Origin: Candidatus Brocadiia bacterium
GTDB taxonomy: Bacteria; Planctomycetota; Brocadiia; SM23-32
Assembly: GCA_046538485.1 (NCBI GenBank)
Contig: JBKHIT010000008.1
Location: 32,001-96,000, forward strand
DNA length: 64,000 nt
Reading direction: 5' to 3'
Under the pieces are notes generated by a model. That model ran no database searches and was not told the DNA's origin. It saw only the letters and a program-made list of their open reading frames with translations. A program made the translations under genes and the position numbers. Positions 21,935-32,338 of this stretch are shown one piece after another; the first letter of the stretch is position 1; each line of letters starts with the position of its first letter.

Positions 21935-23890
21935 GTGCAATATGACATTCTTGGTAAAACCGAATTGAAGGTCTCGCGACTCGGTTTCGGATGTATGCGC
22001 CTGCCAATGAAAGACAAAACCGAAGTCGATCGAGAAAAAGCAATCCCTATGCTCCATCGAGCCCGGGAACTGGGCATTAATCTGTTCGATACCGCCGTCG
22101 GTTACTGCGCCGGGGATAGCCAGAGGACAGTCGGCGAAGCGTTCGAAAATGTTCGCGATAAAATCGTCCTCTCAACAAAAAACCACCACTACGATAAAAA
22201 CGATAAAGACGGTTGGTGGAAACACCTGGAAAATAGCCTTGAAAGACTCAGAACCGACCACATCGACATCTATAACCACCACGGCATAAGTTACAACCGG
22301 TATCAGGAAAGCGTCGCAGGTGACGACGGGCTCTACCAGGAGATGCTCAAGGCGAAAGAACAGGGACTCATCCGGCATATCTGTTTCTCATTTCATGGCC
22401 CCAACGACCAACTTATGAAACTGGTGGATACGGGCCGCTTCGATACCGTCATCTGCCAGTACAATCTGCTGGATCGACACCTCGAAGACGCCATCGCCCA
22501 CGCTTCCGAAAGCGGAATGGGCGTTCTGATCATGGGACCCGTCGGCGGCGGGCGTCTGGGTTACCCGAGCGATAAAGCCGCCAGTCTCGTCGGCGAGGTT
22601 AAAAGCACCCCGGACCTCGCACTGCGGTTCGTGCTCTCAAACGAAAATGTCAACGTGGCACTGTCGGGTATGTCGAATATGCAGATGCTCGAAGAGAATG
22701 TCGAGACGGTCTCCTCCGCCGAACAACTGAGCGAAAAAGACCACCAGCAAATCAAAGAAGCGATCGAAGAGCGAAAAAAACTGGCCGGCCTCTACTGCAC
22801 CGGTTGCAATTACTGCATGCCCTGCCCCGCCGGTGTCGATATCCCCGCAAATTTCGAAATCCTGAATCTCGAACGGGTCTTCGGACTGACCGATCACGCA
22901 AAGAAAAAATATCAAAATCTTGAGGGAAAAGCCGCTTACTGCATGCAATGCGGACAGTGCCTGGAGGAATGCCCCCAGGACATCAATATCCCGCAACGCC
23001 TGGGAGAAGCGGTTAAAACCCTCGATCCGCGTGCCGGTCGCCTGGGAGGCTGGAGTTACCTCCGCTCCGCAGAACGCACCGAGGAGACCACAAACCTTCA
23101 AATTCGATACGTTTTGAAGAATTTCGCCGATGAGACTCGGAACGCGGATCTGCAGTTCCAGCCGCACGGCGAAGACCGGGTCCAACCACAAAAACTTACC
23201 GTGGAAGAACTGAAACCCTACCACCGCAAAAAAATCGACCTCGAACTGTTACAACCGCGAAACGTTTCTTCTTACAATCTGGATGCTGTTGTCAGCTGGG
23301 ATGGCGAAATAACGACGGAGCATCTATCCGAAATGGTGATCTGTGCATCCAGAACCGAAGGATTTGAACTCAAAGCAGGTGAAATCGAAGGCCCGGCCGT
23401 GCATGTCCCCGCCCCCACCCATCCTATCCATAGCGCCGACTACACGCCTGAGACGACGTTTGATTTCGGCGTGTGTTACGACGAGCAAAACCTTTATATT
23501 GGGGTTGATGTCGACGCCGCCGATGAGGAAGAGGATATCGGGGCGGTGATGGTGTATCTCGATACGCGGAAACCGGAGGAACTGTGTCGCGGTTCCTACG
23601 AGGAAGGCGTCACGAAAATCGCGCTCCACCCGCCGGCGGAGACGGAAAAGGCAGGGGCTGAGACCGATCTGGACCTGGGATTGGATCATGTGGCGACCGA
23701 CAGGGGTTACGCGTTCGCCTGTGCGATTCCCTGGGAAGAATTGTGTCAGGATGACGATAGTCCGTCCGTGGCCGGATTCGATATCGGGTTGCGCTGTCAG
23801 GTCGGGGGAAAAAAGGTGCTTCTCAACTGGACGGGACGCCCGGGCGGCGACAAAGATCCATCCGCTTTCGGGAAGCTCGCGATGGTGTAA
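21935..23890 (+). CDS. Aldo/keto reductase with Fe-S cysteine motifs and C-terminal CBM9-like domain
   Basis: LGFGCMRLP, DTAVGY, CTGCNYCMPCP, CMQCGQCLEECP. C-terminus has YDEQNLYIGV, AIPWEEL, GFDIG, PSAFGKL. GTG start with GGAGG RBS. Confidence 0.88.
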   Translation: MQYDILGKTELKVSRLGFGCMRLPMKDKTEVDREKAIPMLHRARELGINLFDTAVGYCAGDSQRTVGEAFENVRDKIVLSTKNHHYDKNDKDGWWKHLENSLERLRTDHIDIYNHHGISYNRYQESVAGDDGLYQEMLKAKEQGLIRHICFSFHGPNDQLMKLVDTGRFDTVICQYNLLDRHLEDAIAHASESGMGVLIMGPVGGGRLGYPSDKAASLVGEVKSTPDLALRFVLSNENVNVALSGMSNMQMLEENVETVSSAEQLSEKDHQQIKEAIEERKKLAGLYCTGCNYCMPCPAGVDIPANFEILNLERVFGLTDHAKKKYQNLEGKAAYCMQCGQCLEECPQDINIPQRLGEAVKTLDPRAGRLGGWSYLRSAERTEETTNLQIRYVLKNFADETRNADLQFQPHGEDRVQPQKLTVEELKPYHRKKIDLELLQPRNVSSYNLDAVVSWDGEITTEHLSEMVICASRTEGFELKAGEIEGPAVHVPAPTHPIHSADYTPETTFDFGVCYDEQNLYIGVDVDAADEEEDIGAVMVYLDTRKPEELCRGSYEEGVTKIALHPPAETEKAGAETDLDLGLDHVATDRGYAFACAIPWEELCQDDDSPSVAGFDIGLRCQVGGKKVLLNWTGRPGGDKDPSAFGKLAMV

Positions 23891-24116
23891 CGGAGTCTGC
23901 TGGTTTCGGATCACGCATCGGTCCGAAAACCCGGCAGTGAGTTCTGGGGAACGTCCAATCCCAAACCGGCAGCCCGTCGCGCACGCGGAGTTTGAGGATC
24001 TGCCCGAAATGCACCCTGTGTGCCAGCCTGAGGAAACGCCGGCACGGCGCCGGCAGATCCGATGCCCTTATCTGTTTGTTTGCTTCTGCCATGTTCCTGG
24101 TTCCACGTCGGACCAT
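23823..24116 (-). pseudogene. Small mobile-element-type hypothetical protein, probably truncated
   Basis: DLPAPCRRFLRLAHRVHFGQILKLRVRDGLPV resembles small proteins I recall from planctomycete integrative elements. Strong AGGAGG RBS. The 3' end runs into the AKR gene. Confidence 0.4.
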
Positions 24117-24143
24117 TGTAGCCCTCCGGTCCTCCTTCCTGAG

Positions 24144-24192
24144 AAAAAGAAAAGGCCCGCCTCCCTGCGGCCTTGCGGCCCGGGAGCGGACC
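24144..24192 (-). terminator. Terminator/attenuator-like hairpin
   Basis: Minus strand GGTCCGCTCCC...GGGAGGCGGGCC followed by TTTTCTTTTT, directly upstream of the 24116 ORF. Confidence 0.5.
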
Positions 24193-24881
24193 CTAATTCG
24201 CGGATTTTGGCGGTAAAGGTATCTCTACCCTTTAGCCCGCTTTTCTCAAGCGGCGCCAGTGCTGCAGCTGCGCGGAAGCCAAGCGCAGGAGTATTTTCAT
24301 ACTTCAAGCGCAGGCTGACAAAGAAGATGCAGTGCTGGCGCCGTTCCCGAAGGGCGAACCGGCGTTTTCAGATTCAGAATACACCGTGTGTGCTGAGATC
24401 AGCCACTCAATGCAGTGTAACGTTTGTCTGTCGTGTCGTTTAGAATAATACTGCTTTTAGCTTCGTGAGAAATGCGGGGTAGAAAACACATTTTCAGCGC
24501 CGTCCGGGCGCCGTAGCGTTAGCTGCCTCCTTTCAGGCTCCTGTCTTCTGGCGAAAATGCGTGCCTCCGGACCTAACTGGCCCGGCCGTCATTGTTGATG
24601 CGCGACGATATTAGCTGTTCATGTGTATAGTGTCAAGTCTTTTTTGACGGGAGATCAGGTTTTTTTTGAGGAACTTGTTTGTAGTTAATGCTTTGCGGAG
24701 GACAAAAATATTGCTTTTATTTGCGATCAGGAATCGGCGGATTCGTGACATGAACTGTTCACCGCATTATTTGCCTCTCACAACGTCCTACGGCCCGCAG
24801 ATCCAGCACGAAAAATTCCGGGTGGGTAGAGAGGACATTTTGACAGGAAATTGAACATTTCATGCCATGAGGGGGAGACCT

Positions 24882-25520
24882 CTATCGGGCAATCTCAACG
24901 ACAAGACCGGGTGGAAGTTCCTCCGCTTCACGGACTCGGCCATCGGGACCGATCAGGGTCACGCCCTTGTCGGCCACCCCGCTTCGCTTCATCTGCAGGG
25001 GATATCCTCCCCCCACGGCGTTGCTGCCGACATTCCCGCTTATGATATGGCTCTCGGGGCCGAGATGGGTTTTCGTCTCACCGAAAAGCACAAAATCACT
25101 CAGCGGCAGTTTCTTCTGCACCTTGCCCCCGGTGATTTCGTTCATATCATTCACCGTCAGGGGCAGACGCTGGCCGTCTATGGTGGTGGCCTGCCAGTTG
25201 CCCACAGAATCCAGCTCCCAGCTTTGGCTGGCGACCGGATCCGGGATCTCGGTCTTATCGGCGCTCAGCTCCCCGCGTTTCCAGGTGGTAAGCCGGTCCA
25301 GCTCGTCGTAGCGGTAGAGCTCGCTACCCTGCGGGTCTCTCAGGTCCTCCTGGTAGAGCTTATTCCCCATCTCATCGTACCCGTAAGCGAAACCGACGAT
25401 CAGAGTGCTATCTCTATTGTACCGTCGCTCGGTGATCCTGCCAAGTCCGTCGCGGGTGTTTGAGAGGGTGACGCCGTTGCCGAAAGTTCCCCCGTCGAGC
25501 AGGTTGCGGGAGTCGTAGCC
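24882..25520 (-). pseudogene. RHS/YD-repeat protein fragment
   Basis: Open frame GYDSRNLL..RDGLGRIT..YGYDEMGNK..YRYDELDRLT..WELDSVGNW..VNDMNEIT. No upstream start and no RHS core terminus. Confidence 0.75.
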
Positions 25521-25689
25521 CCTGAATCCCTTAGTGGTCCCATTTCACCCACAAAATGGGTCGTTTGAGTCATATATAAGGGCTACTTTTGTCATAACCA
25601 CTGCCTCGACAGCAACTTCGGTTGGTTCGACCCGGATGCGCTCCCACCGGATGCGCTCCCGGGTATAATCTCCTCTCCGGAAGTTAGCA

Positions 25690-26163
25690 CTATTTCAACA
25701 GGATATTGCTGCCCCGCATGACCCGCTCGCAGTAGGTACATCGGAGAGCGGGTGGGGTCTCTTCGATGACCTCGAAACGTGTCATTACACCTTCTTGATT
25801 GGTAATACAGCGTGGGTTCTGGCATTTCACGACACGTTCGATTTTGTCAGGGAGATGGACTTTAGATTTTTCCACCACTTCGAAATTGCTGATAATGTTG
25901 AGGGTCGCGTTGGGGGCGGCGACGGCGATTTTATTAACTTCATCGGGGGTTAGCTCGCGGTTTTCGATCTTGATGATGCCTTTATGGCCCAGTTTCTCGC
26001 TTTCCAGGTTCATCGCCACCAGCACAATATTATCTTCATCTCCCACTTTCAGCAGTTTGGCCACCTTGAAAGTCGCTTCGCTGTTGATGTGATCGATGAC
26101 GGTCCCGTGCCGAATTGCCGAGACGTTCATTTCGGGTCTTTTGTTTTGCTCATTCATTTTCAT
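25690..26163 (-). CDS. pyrI: Aspartate carbamoyltransferase regulatory subunit
   Basis: VSAIRHGTVIDHI, CQNPRCIT, RCTYCE. Confidence 0.97.
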   Translation of the reverse strand: MKMNEQNKRPEMNVSAIRHGTVIDHINSEATFKVAKLLKVGDEDNIVLVAMNLESEKLGHKGIIKIENRELTPDEVNKIAVAAPNATLNIISNFEVVEKSKVHLPDKIERVVKCQNPRCITNQEGVMTRFEVIEETPPALRCTYCERVMRGSNILLK

Positions 26164-27080
26164 ACCTTCCCGAGAGCCATGGCCAGAAGCGCCTGTCGGA
26201 TGGGGATACCATTTTTGGCCTGTTCGAAATAGACTGCGTAAGGCGTTTCGTCAACATCCTCCGCCAGCTCATCGACTCTTGGCAACGGATGCATTATTTT
26301 CAGCTCATCTTTCACGCCGCATTCTTCCAGCAGATTTCTATCGATGCGGTAGCTGCTTTTGACCTGTTCGTATTCCAGCCGGTCGGCGAACCGTTCTTCC
26401 TGGATGCGTGTGCAGTACAAAATGTCGAGTTCGGAGATAATTTCCGGCAATTCGCCGAATTCTTCGTAATTGATTTTCTTTTTATCAAGCTCATCCAGCA
26501 TATGCCGCGGCACTTTGAGGCTTTCGGGGGAAATAAAGTACTGTTTCCCCTCAAAGTGCGAGAGTGCGTTTGAAAGTGAACGGACCGTCCGGCTATAACG
26601 CAAATCTCCCACGAATCCGACATTGAGCCCGTTCATTTTGTCGTGGACTTTTTGGATCGTGTACAGATCGAGGAAGGTCTGAGTGGGATGCTGGTTGGCC
26701 CCATCTCCTCCATTCAATACCGGGATACCGGCAATCTGTTCGGCGAGCCGTGCCGCGCCCTCCCATGGATGCCGGATAGCAAGGATGTCGCAGTATCCGC
26801 CGATCATCCGGATCGTATCCGCGAGCGATTCTCCTTTTTTAAAAGAACTTCGTTCCTTGTCACCAAAATCCAGAACCGAACCGCCCAGTTGCATCATGGC
26901 CGAGGCAAAGCTCAGCCGGGTTCGGGTGGACGGTTCCACGAACATAATCCCCAGGACATAGCCGTCGAGCAGGTGGATCTGGGGTTTGCGCTCCATTTCA
27001 CTGGCCGTATGGAGCACGGACATAATGGCATCGCGGTCAAAATCCCTGATGCTGATCACGTTCTTGAAACCGTTACTCAT
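26160..27080 (-). CDS. pyrB: Aspartate carbamoyltransferase catalytic subunit
   Basis: EPSTRTRLSF, KGESLADT, HPTQ, RIQEER, HPLPR. Confidence 0.98.
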   Translation of the reverse strand: MSNGFKNVISIRDFDRDAIMSVLHTASEMERKPQIHLLDGYVLGIMFVEPSTRTRLSFASAMMQLGGSVLDFGDKERSSFKKGESLADTIRMIGGYCDILAIRHPWEGAARLAEQIAGIPVLNGGDGANQHPTQTFLDLYTIQKVHDKMNGLNVGFVGDLRYSRTVRSLSNALSHFEGKQYFISPESLKVPRHMLDELDKKKINYEEFGELPEIISELDILYCTRIQEERFADRLEYEQVKSSYRIDRNLLEECGVKDELKIMHPLPRVDELAEDVDETPYAVYFEQAKNGIPIRQALLAMALGKV

Positions 27081-27317
27081 GGCCCGTCCGCCTATCAGTT
27101 ATCAGTCTTATTTCGCTTCTATCTCAATTAACGAGCATCGGAGTGTACGCTTTTCACACTGAATTATAATTTGCTCGCCCGGCATTGCAAATGAGGGGCA
27201 AAATATACTCGTTTCGGCGCGGCGGAGGGAGCCGGAAGCCCGGTCGCTCGCTTGCGAAAATGCGCCTGTAGCCCGTATCCTGTCTTTTTGATAATACCAA
27301 CGGAGGCGGAAAAAAGT

Positions 27318-28376
27318 ATGTGCTTCGAACGATTCAACAACAACCCGATTATCACTCGAGCAGATCTGCAGGTTTCCCGAGATGGATTTGAGATATTCGG
27401 CGTCTTCAACTGCGGCGCGGTCAAAGTCGGCGGAGAATATTTGCTGCTCCTGCGGGTCGCTGAACGTCCAACCCCGGAGCGTGACTGGCTGAACATCCCC
27501 CTGTTGAATGAGACCTGCGACGATCTCAAAATACGAAGGATACGCGCCAACGCCCCCGGTATCGACGCAACCGACAGCCGGGTGGTGCGACTCGCAAATG
27601 GGCGGATTCTTCTGACGTCGATTTCCCATTTTCGGCTTGCCCGGAGCAAAGATGGGCGCACGTTCTCGGTCGATGAAAAGCCCGCCATGTTCCCTTCAAC
27701 CGAATACGAACGTTACGGTATTGAGGATCCGCGTATTACATATCTCGATGGCCAGTACTGGATAAGTTACAGCGCGATTTCTCCCCAGGGGGTCGCCACT
27801 GCTTTCGCTTCGACTACCGACTGGCGCAGTTTTAAGCGCCATGGAATCGTCTTCGCGCCCACCGATAAGGATGTGTGCCTTTTCCCGGAAAAGGTAGACG
27901 GACACTACGTGTGCCGACACCGACCCTGGGCGGAAGGAATCGGAGCCCCGGCTATCTGGACGGCCTACTCATCCGACCTGCAAAACTGGGGGGGACACAG
28001 TTTCACGATGGGACCACGGGAAAACCACTGGGACGAAGAACGTGTGGGGTGCGGAGCTCCCCCAATCCACACAGATGAGGGATGGCTCGAAATTTACCAC
28101 GGCGCTAATATCGCCGGTCGATACTGCCTGGGGGCAATGCTATCGGAAATCACTCAACCGGCACGCGTGATCGGGCAAAGTGAGAATCCCGTCCTGGAAC
28201 CCACCGCTGAATATGAAACTCACGGCGTTTATTCTCCGTGCGTTTTCTCAAATGGAGCGATCGAGGAAAAAGACGGGACATTGCTTCTCTATTACGGCGC
28301 CGCCGATACGGTGACAGCCGGGGCATCGGCCACTATTGACGACCTGCTTAACACAATCGAGCGAAACGGCTTTTAA
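27318..28376 (+). CDS. Glycoside hydrolase family 130 protein
   Basis: VFNCGA, LLLRVAE, LTSISHFRLARS, GIEDPRIT, GWLEIYHG, YYGAAD. Confidence 0.9.
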   Translation: MCFERFNNNPIITRADLQVSRDGFEIFGVFNCGAVKVGGEYLLLLRVAERPTPERDWLNIPLLNETCDDLKIRRIRANAPGIDATDSRVVRLANGRILLTSISHFRLARSKDGRTFSVDEKPAMFPSTEYERYGIEDPRITYLDGQYWISYSAISPQGVATAFASTTDWRSFKRHGIVFAPTDKDVCLFPEKVDGHYVCRHRPWAEGIGAPAIWTAYSSDLQNWGGHSFTMGPRENHWDEERVGCGAPPIHTDEGWLEIYHGANIAGRYCLGAMLSEITQPARVIGQSENPVLEPTAEYETHGVYSPCVFSNGAIEEKDGTLLLYYGAADTVTAGASATIDDLLNTIERNGF

Positions 28377-28417
28377 CCGTGCATAGATCTCGCAACATAT
28401 TTCTTCACGTTCTTTCG

Positions 28418-29923
28418 ATGGGCTCTGGGCAGCGTTGGCCTCGATGGTGGAAAACCTGGCGCTGGACCCTAAAAAGACGGAGCCTGCTGATGCTTTTTGC
28501 CATTTTCGGGTTCGTCTACCCCGCGCTGATTCCCTGTCAGGGGGCCGAATCGAAAGCCAAAACCATCTGTATAGAAGCGGAACACGCCAATTCGCTCCGT
28601 TACCCATTCGTCGTGGCTCGATTCGATAAAGCCTCCGGGAAACTGGGCCTGGCAATTCCTGAGGGAGCTGGCAGCATGGAATCTTTCGGGGGAGCACGCA
28701 TTGCTGCAACTTACAATGTAAAATTGCCTGGACCCGGGAAATGGAGGGCGTGGTTGCGAGTAAAATGGCATGGTATCTGTAGCAATTCGATTTTTTTTGG
28801 CGTCGGGGAAGGAAAACTCCGCAAAGTCGCAGGCGGGTCCGCCAGGAAATGGCAGTGGCTATCGGCCGGCAACTGGTCAATCAAGAAGCAAGATGTAGTT
28901 GTTCAGATTGTCGACCGTGAAGATGGGGTGGCCGTCGACCAGATTCTGTTTAGAAACAACCAGGCGCCGCCCGAGGAAATGGAAAAGCCCAATCTGATCC
29001 CCGGTTGTGGGACGGAAGATCTCCCGGCCCGCCTTTTTTTGGGAGTCGGCTCCGGCGGTCTGCCACCCACCGATTTCGCCCTGCACCACGGCCGGACCCA
29101 CCCGCTTCCGCTCAAACCTATACCTCGTTTTATTGTTCAGAAAGGCCGAACGACACGTTTGGCGGCGTGGCTTCGTAACAATCCATGTTCTTCCGATCAG
29201 TTCTCGGTTTCTCTCAGCACTACGGCGCCAGTAGAGATACAACCGGGCCAAAGACAAACATTTGCTTTAGCTCCCCAAAGACCGCTTCGAAAATTGGATT
29301 TCCGGATTCTCCCGACGAAACACACGGCCCGCCGGACCTACCGAATGGCCATCAGACTCCGGCATCCAAATGGCAAGATCGAAACCCATAAAGTGTTGCT
29401 TGAGCGGCCTTTTCAATGGCTGGTCACCAACGCCATAGCTTGTCCCGACTCTCTTGGGCTGGAAACCCCGAGTGGGATCGAGAATAAGCTCACCAACGGT
29501 TTCCCCGGACCCGCGGATGGCGTTAGCTGGCAGGTCGCCCCCTCTGAAAGCGTATCACGGTACGGTCTCCTCAACATGCGCAAGGCCGTCAAGAACAGCA
29601 CCTATGTCATGGCTTACGCCTACACCTGTGTGCGATCTCCAGAAGAGGGGACTTTTCTCTTTGAGGTGCGACACGATGACATGATCAGAGTCTGGCTGAA
29701 CGGGAAGAAGACATTCACAAGTCTTCAAAGCGCCCCTTCTTCGTTGACACGGAAATTAGTGAAAGTGCATTTAAATAAGGGCTTGAATCATATTCTGGTA
29801 AAAATCGCCCAAAAAAAGAATTACTGGGAATTTGGGCTCAGGATTCTTGATCTTAAAACGCTCCCGGCCCACGTGGAAGGCGTTCCGACCGAGAATCTGA
29901 TTGTCAAAAGCAAAAAACCATGA
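28418..29923 (+). CDS. Secreted hypothetical protein (CBM-like N-terminal, PA14-like C-terminal domain)
   Basis: Signal-like segment, IEAEHA, REDGVAVDQI, HDDMIRVWLNG..LNKGLNHILVK. Start uncertain (28379-28489). Confidence 0.7.
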   Translation: MGSGQRWPRWWKTWRWTLKRRSLLMLFAIFGFVYPALIPCQGAESKAKTICIEAEHANSLRYPFVVARFDKASGKLGLAIPEGAGSMESFGGARIAATYNVKLPGPGKWRAWLRVKWHGICSNSIFFGVGEGKLRKVAGGSARKWQWLSAGNWSIKKQDVVVQIVDREDGVAVDQILFRNNQAPPEEMEKPNLIPGCGTEDLPARLFLGVGSGGLPPTDFALHHGRTHPLPLKPIPRFIVQKGRTTRLAAWLRNNPCSSDQFSVSLSTTAPVEIQPGQRQTFALAPQRPLRKLDFRILPTKHTARRTYRMAIRLRHPNGKIETHKVLLERPFQWLVTNAIACPDSLGLETPSGIENKLTNGFPGPADGVSWQVAPSESVSRYGLLNMRKAVKNSTYVMAYAYTCVRSPEEGTFLFEVRHDDMIRVWLNGKKTFTSLQSAPSSLTRKLVKVHLNKGLNHILVKIAQKKNYWEFGLRILDLKTLPAHVEGVPTENLIVKSKKP

Positions 29924-30062
29924 GGCAGACGCGACGTTTCCGAGGGCACATGTTAAAATAGAAGCACGATCCTTTCGAACCACAAACAGGCTGGGAAAAC
30001 GGAGTTTAGAAGCTTTTCCAGTGATGTTGCCGGTCTCTTCTGCGCTTATTGGCAAAACTGAG

Positions 30063-32324
30063 ATGCTGAAACATCAGGTGAAAAACTTTTCGCGACCGAA
30101 ACAGTCTCTGGGCATCGCAATCCTGACCATCGTGCTGTTACTTTCGGTCAATCTCAATGGGGCACCCGCAGAAAATCAGAACGAAAAAGGATATCTGGAA
30201 CACGCCAGTGAACTGATCAACGAAAAGAAATACAACCAGGCCATTCTTTTGCTGAAGAAGAACCTCCGGGAAATGCCACTGGACTCGCCCCACTTGTTTC
30301 GCGCGCTGGGCCGCCTGAGAACAGCAACGAAGCTATCGTGGGAAGGTAACCTTTACGCGTCCGAAATCCGCCGCCTTTTAAATCGAATCCCCGAATCCAA
30401 CCCGGGAGACGAGCGGCGTCGCGAGATCCATCAGAAATTGCTGTGCCGCCTCGCGAAGCATCACTATGATCGACGAGAATCATTCGCAGCGATTGAGGTA
30501 TATGAAAAAGCCCTGGAACTTTCGACGGGAAACGAAAAAACGCGGCTCAAAAAGCGCCTGGCGAGTTTGTACGAAGAAGTGGGGGAGTTCGAAAAAGCAC
30601 TTGAAATCAGAAAACAACAGCTCGCTGAATCACCCGACAGCCGCGCCCAACTTCGGCAGGTTGCCAAGCTCTATTTCCGCCTCGGCCAACAGGAAAAAGG
30701 CCTGGAACTGGTACATGATCGGGAAAATCCGGCGCTCACAGCAAGCCTGGCCCGAGAGTTGTATCGCGCCAAATTCCTGAACGAAGCCGAGCAGCTTGCT
30801 CGCCACGCCCGCCGTAACGGACAAAATCTCGACCGGTTGCTGGCGCGGATTCTGAAAGACCAGAAGAAATTCGATGAGGCGCTCTATCTCCTCACAGAAC
30901 ATTACCAGCAGATGAACCTTGAAAAACGCGGCACCTGGCGGGCACGCCGAACGGCCGAAGAAATAGCAGAGGTCCATCGTCATCGTGGCACACTTCCCGA
31001 TGCCATCCTGAAAGCGGAAGAAAAACTTGCTGCCCTGCCTGAGGGCAAAGGACAAAGCCGGCAAAAATATCTGATACTCCTCTACAAGCTTCATGCAACC
31101 GCAGGGAACCACCAGAAAGCGCTCGAATACTGTCTCGCTTATCGAAAATATCTCGACGAAAAAGACAAAAGACGTGTGGACAGTTGGATCGAAAAAGTGG
31201 GGCGCCCCGCCTTCCAGAGACTGCTATCGCGACGACAGATTGAAACGGCAGAGGAACTCCTGGCAAATCTCGAGAAAAAAGGCATCAGCGGCACCTGGCT
31301 GGACTGCTGTCGCTACCACCTGCTTCTGCAGAGCGGGCAAGCTGAGGATGCCAGGTCATATCTGGCCAAACTGGAGAAAAAATGCGCCGATAAGGAATCG
31401 AAAATCTATGCTCTCGCCGAAGAATTCGCCAACTGGGGAAAAACAGCCGATTGCGTAAAACTCTGGGAAAACATTCTGGAATCAGAACCGCACAACAGCA
31501 TCTACGATATCAATGCCCACGTCCGACTGGCGCGTTACCGCCTTGCAAAAGAACAATACAGCAAAGCTGTCGAGCATTTTGACGCCGTGAACCGAAGCCT
31601 GACCGAACGCAGCATGGCCATCCTCCACGAAGAGTACTTCCGGCGTCTTGAAATGAAAGCGCGCTACGGGGCGGCCGATAGAAACGGGGATATCCTCGCA
31701 AAATTCCTTCAGGATGCCCGCCCCGTCAAACGCAGGGCTGCCGTCTGGTTCCTCGGACGTGTCGGAGCACCCGAACACATCGAGAAGCTCAAAATGATCA
31801 GAAATGGTGCCTCTCCAAAACTGCTTTCACTCGTCGACGAAGCCATCACTTTGATCCAAACTCGTCACCTGACTGGTGAAGATCAAAGGGGACCGCGCTC
31901 GGAAAAAGAGTTTCAAGACGAGCTGGCCAAAATCGGCAAGGTTCTGTGGATAAAGGAAGATCCGTTCGCCAAAAACCAGCTCTGGGCCGCTTTCACGCAC
32001 CATTTCCTCGTCAGGGCCGAGCTTGAAAAAGGCAAGATGTATCGCTATGAAGAAGAGATCCGATGGATCATCGACGGGGTTCCAGACGTCACGGCGGTCG
32101 CGTTTACGAAAAAACGAGTGTGGGTCGGCACCAATCACGGTCTCCTTTCCTACGATCGCCAACGGAGTATGTGGGATGTGTTCGCAATCGGCGAAGAACC
32201 CGTTGATGTAAAAGTGATCGACGTTTCGGCGCGGGAAGACGGTCTTTATGTTACGATCGCCACAAACAAGGATAATAAAACGTGGATTTACCGACTTGAG
32301 AAGCGACGCTGGGAAAAACCTTAA
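30063..32324 (+). CDS. Secreted TPR-repeat protein with HEAT-like and beta-rich C-terminal parts
   Basis: Signal peptide-like segment, multiple TPR-like helices, VWVGTNHGLLSYD. Confidence 0.75.
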   Translation: MLKHQVKNFSRPKQSLGIAILTIVLLLSVNLNGAPAENQNEKGYLEHASELINEKKYNQAILLLKKNLREMPLDSPHLFRALGRLRTATKLSWEGNLYASEIRRLLNRIPESNPGDERRREIHQKLLCRLAKHHYDRRESFAAIEVYEKALELSTGNEKTRLKKRLASLYEEVGEFEKALEIRKQQLAESPDSRAQLRQVAKLYFRLGQQEKGLELVHDRENPALTASLARELYRAKFLNEAEQLARHARRNGQNLDRLLARILKDQKKFDEALYLLTEHYQQMNLEKRGTWRARRTAEEIAEVHRHRGTLPDAILKAEEKLAALPEGKGQSRQKYLILLYKLHATAGNHQKALEYCLAYRKYLDEKDKRRVDSWIEKVGRPAFQRLLSRRQIETAEELLANLEKKGISGTWLDCCRYHLLLQSGQAEDARSYLAKLEKKCADKESKIYALAEEFANWGKTADCVKLWENILESEPHNSIYDINAHVRLARYRLAKEQYSKAVEHFDAVNRSLTERSMAILHEEYFRRLEMKARYGAADRNGDILAKFLQDARPVKRRAAVWFLGRVGAPEHIEKLKMIRNGASPKLLSLVDEAITLIQTRHLTGEDQRGPRSEKEFQDELAKIGKVLWIKEDPFAKNQLWAAFTHHFLVRAELEKGKMYRYEEEIRWIIDGVPDVTAVAFTKKRVWVGTNHGLLSYDRQRSMWDVFAIGEEPVDVKVIDVSAREDGLYVTIATNKDNKTWIYRLEKRRWEKP

Positions 32325-32338
32325 GAATCGGACAAATC

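Noticed and set aside
25620..25665. tRNA/tmRNA 3' end (GGTTCGA...CCACC) as an attachment site
   Set aside because: No T-stem or acceptor-stem pairing. It is explained by a short tandem duplication.
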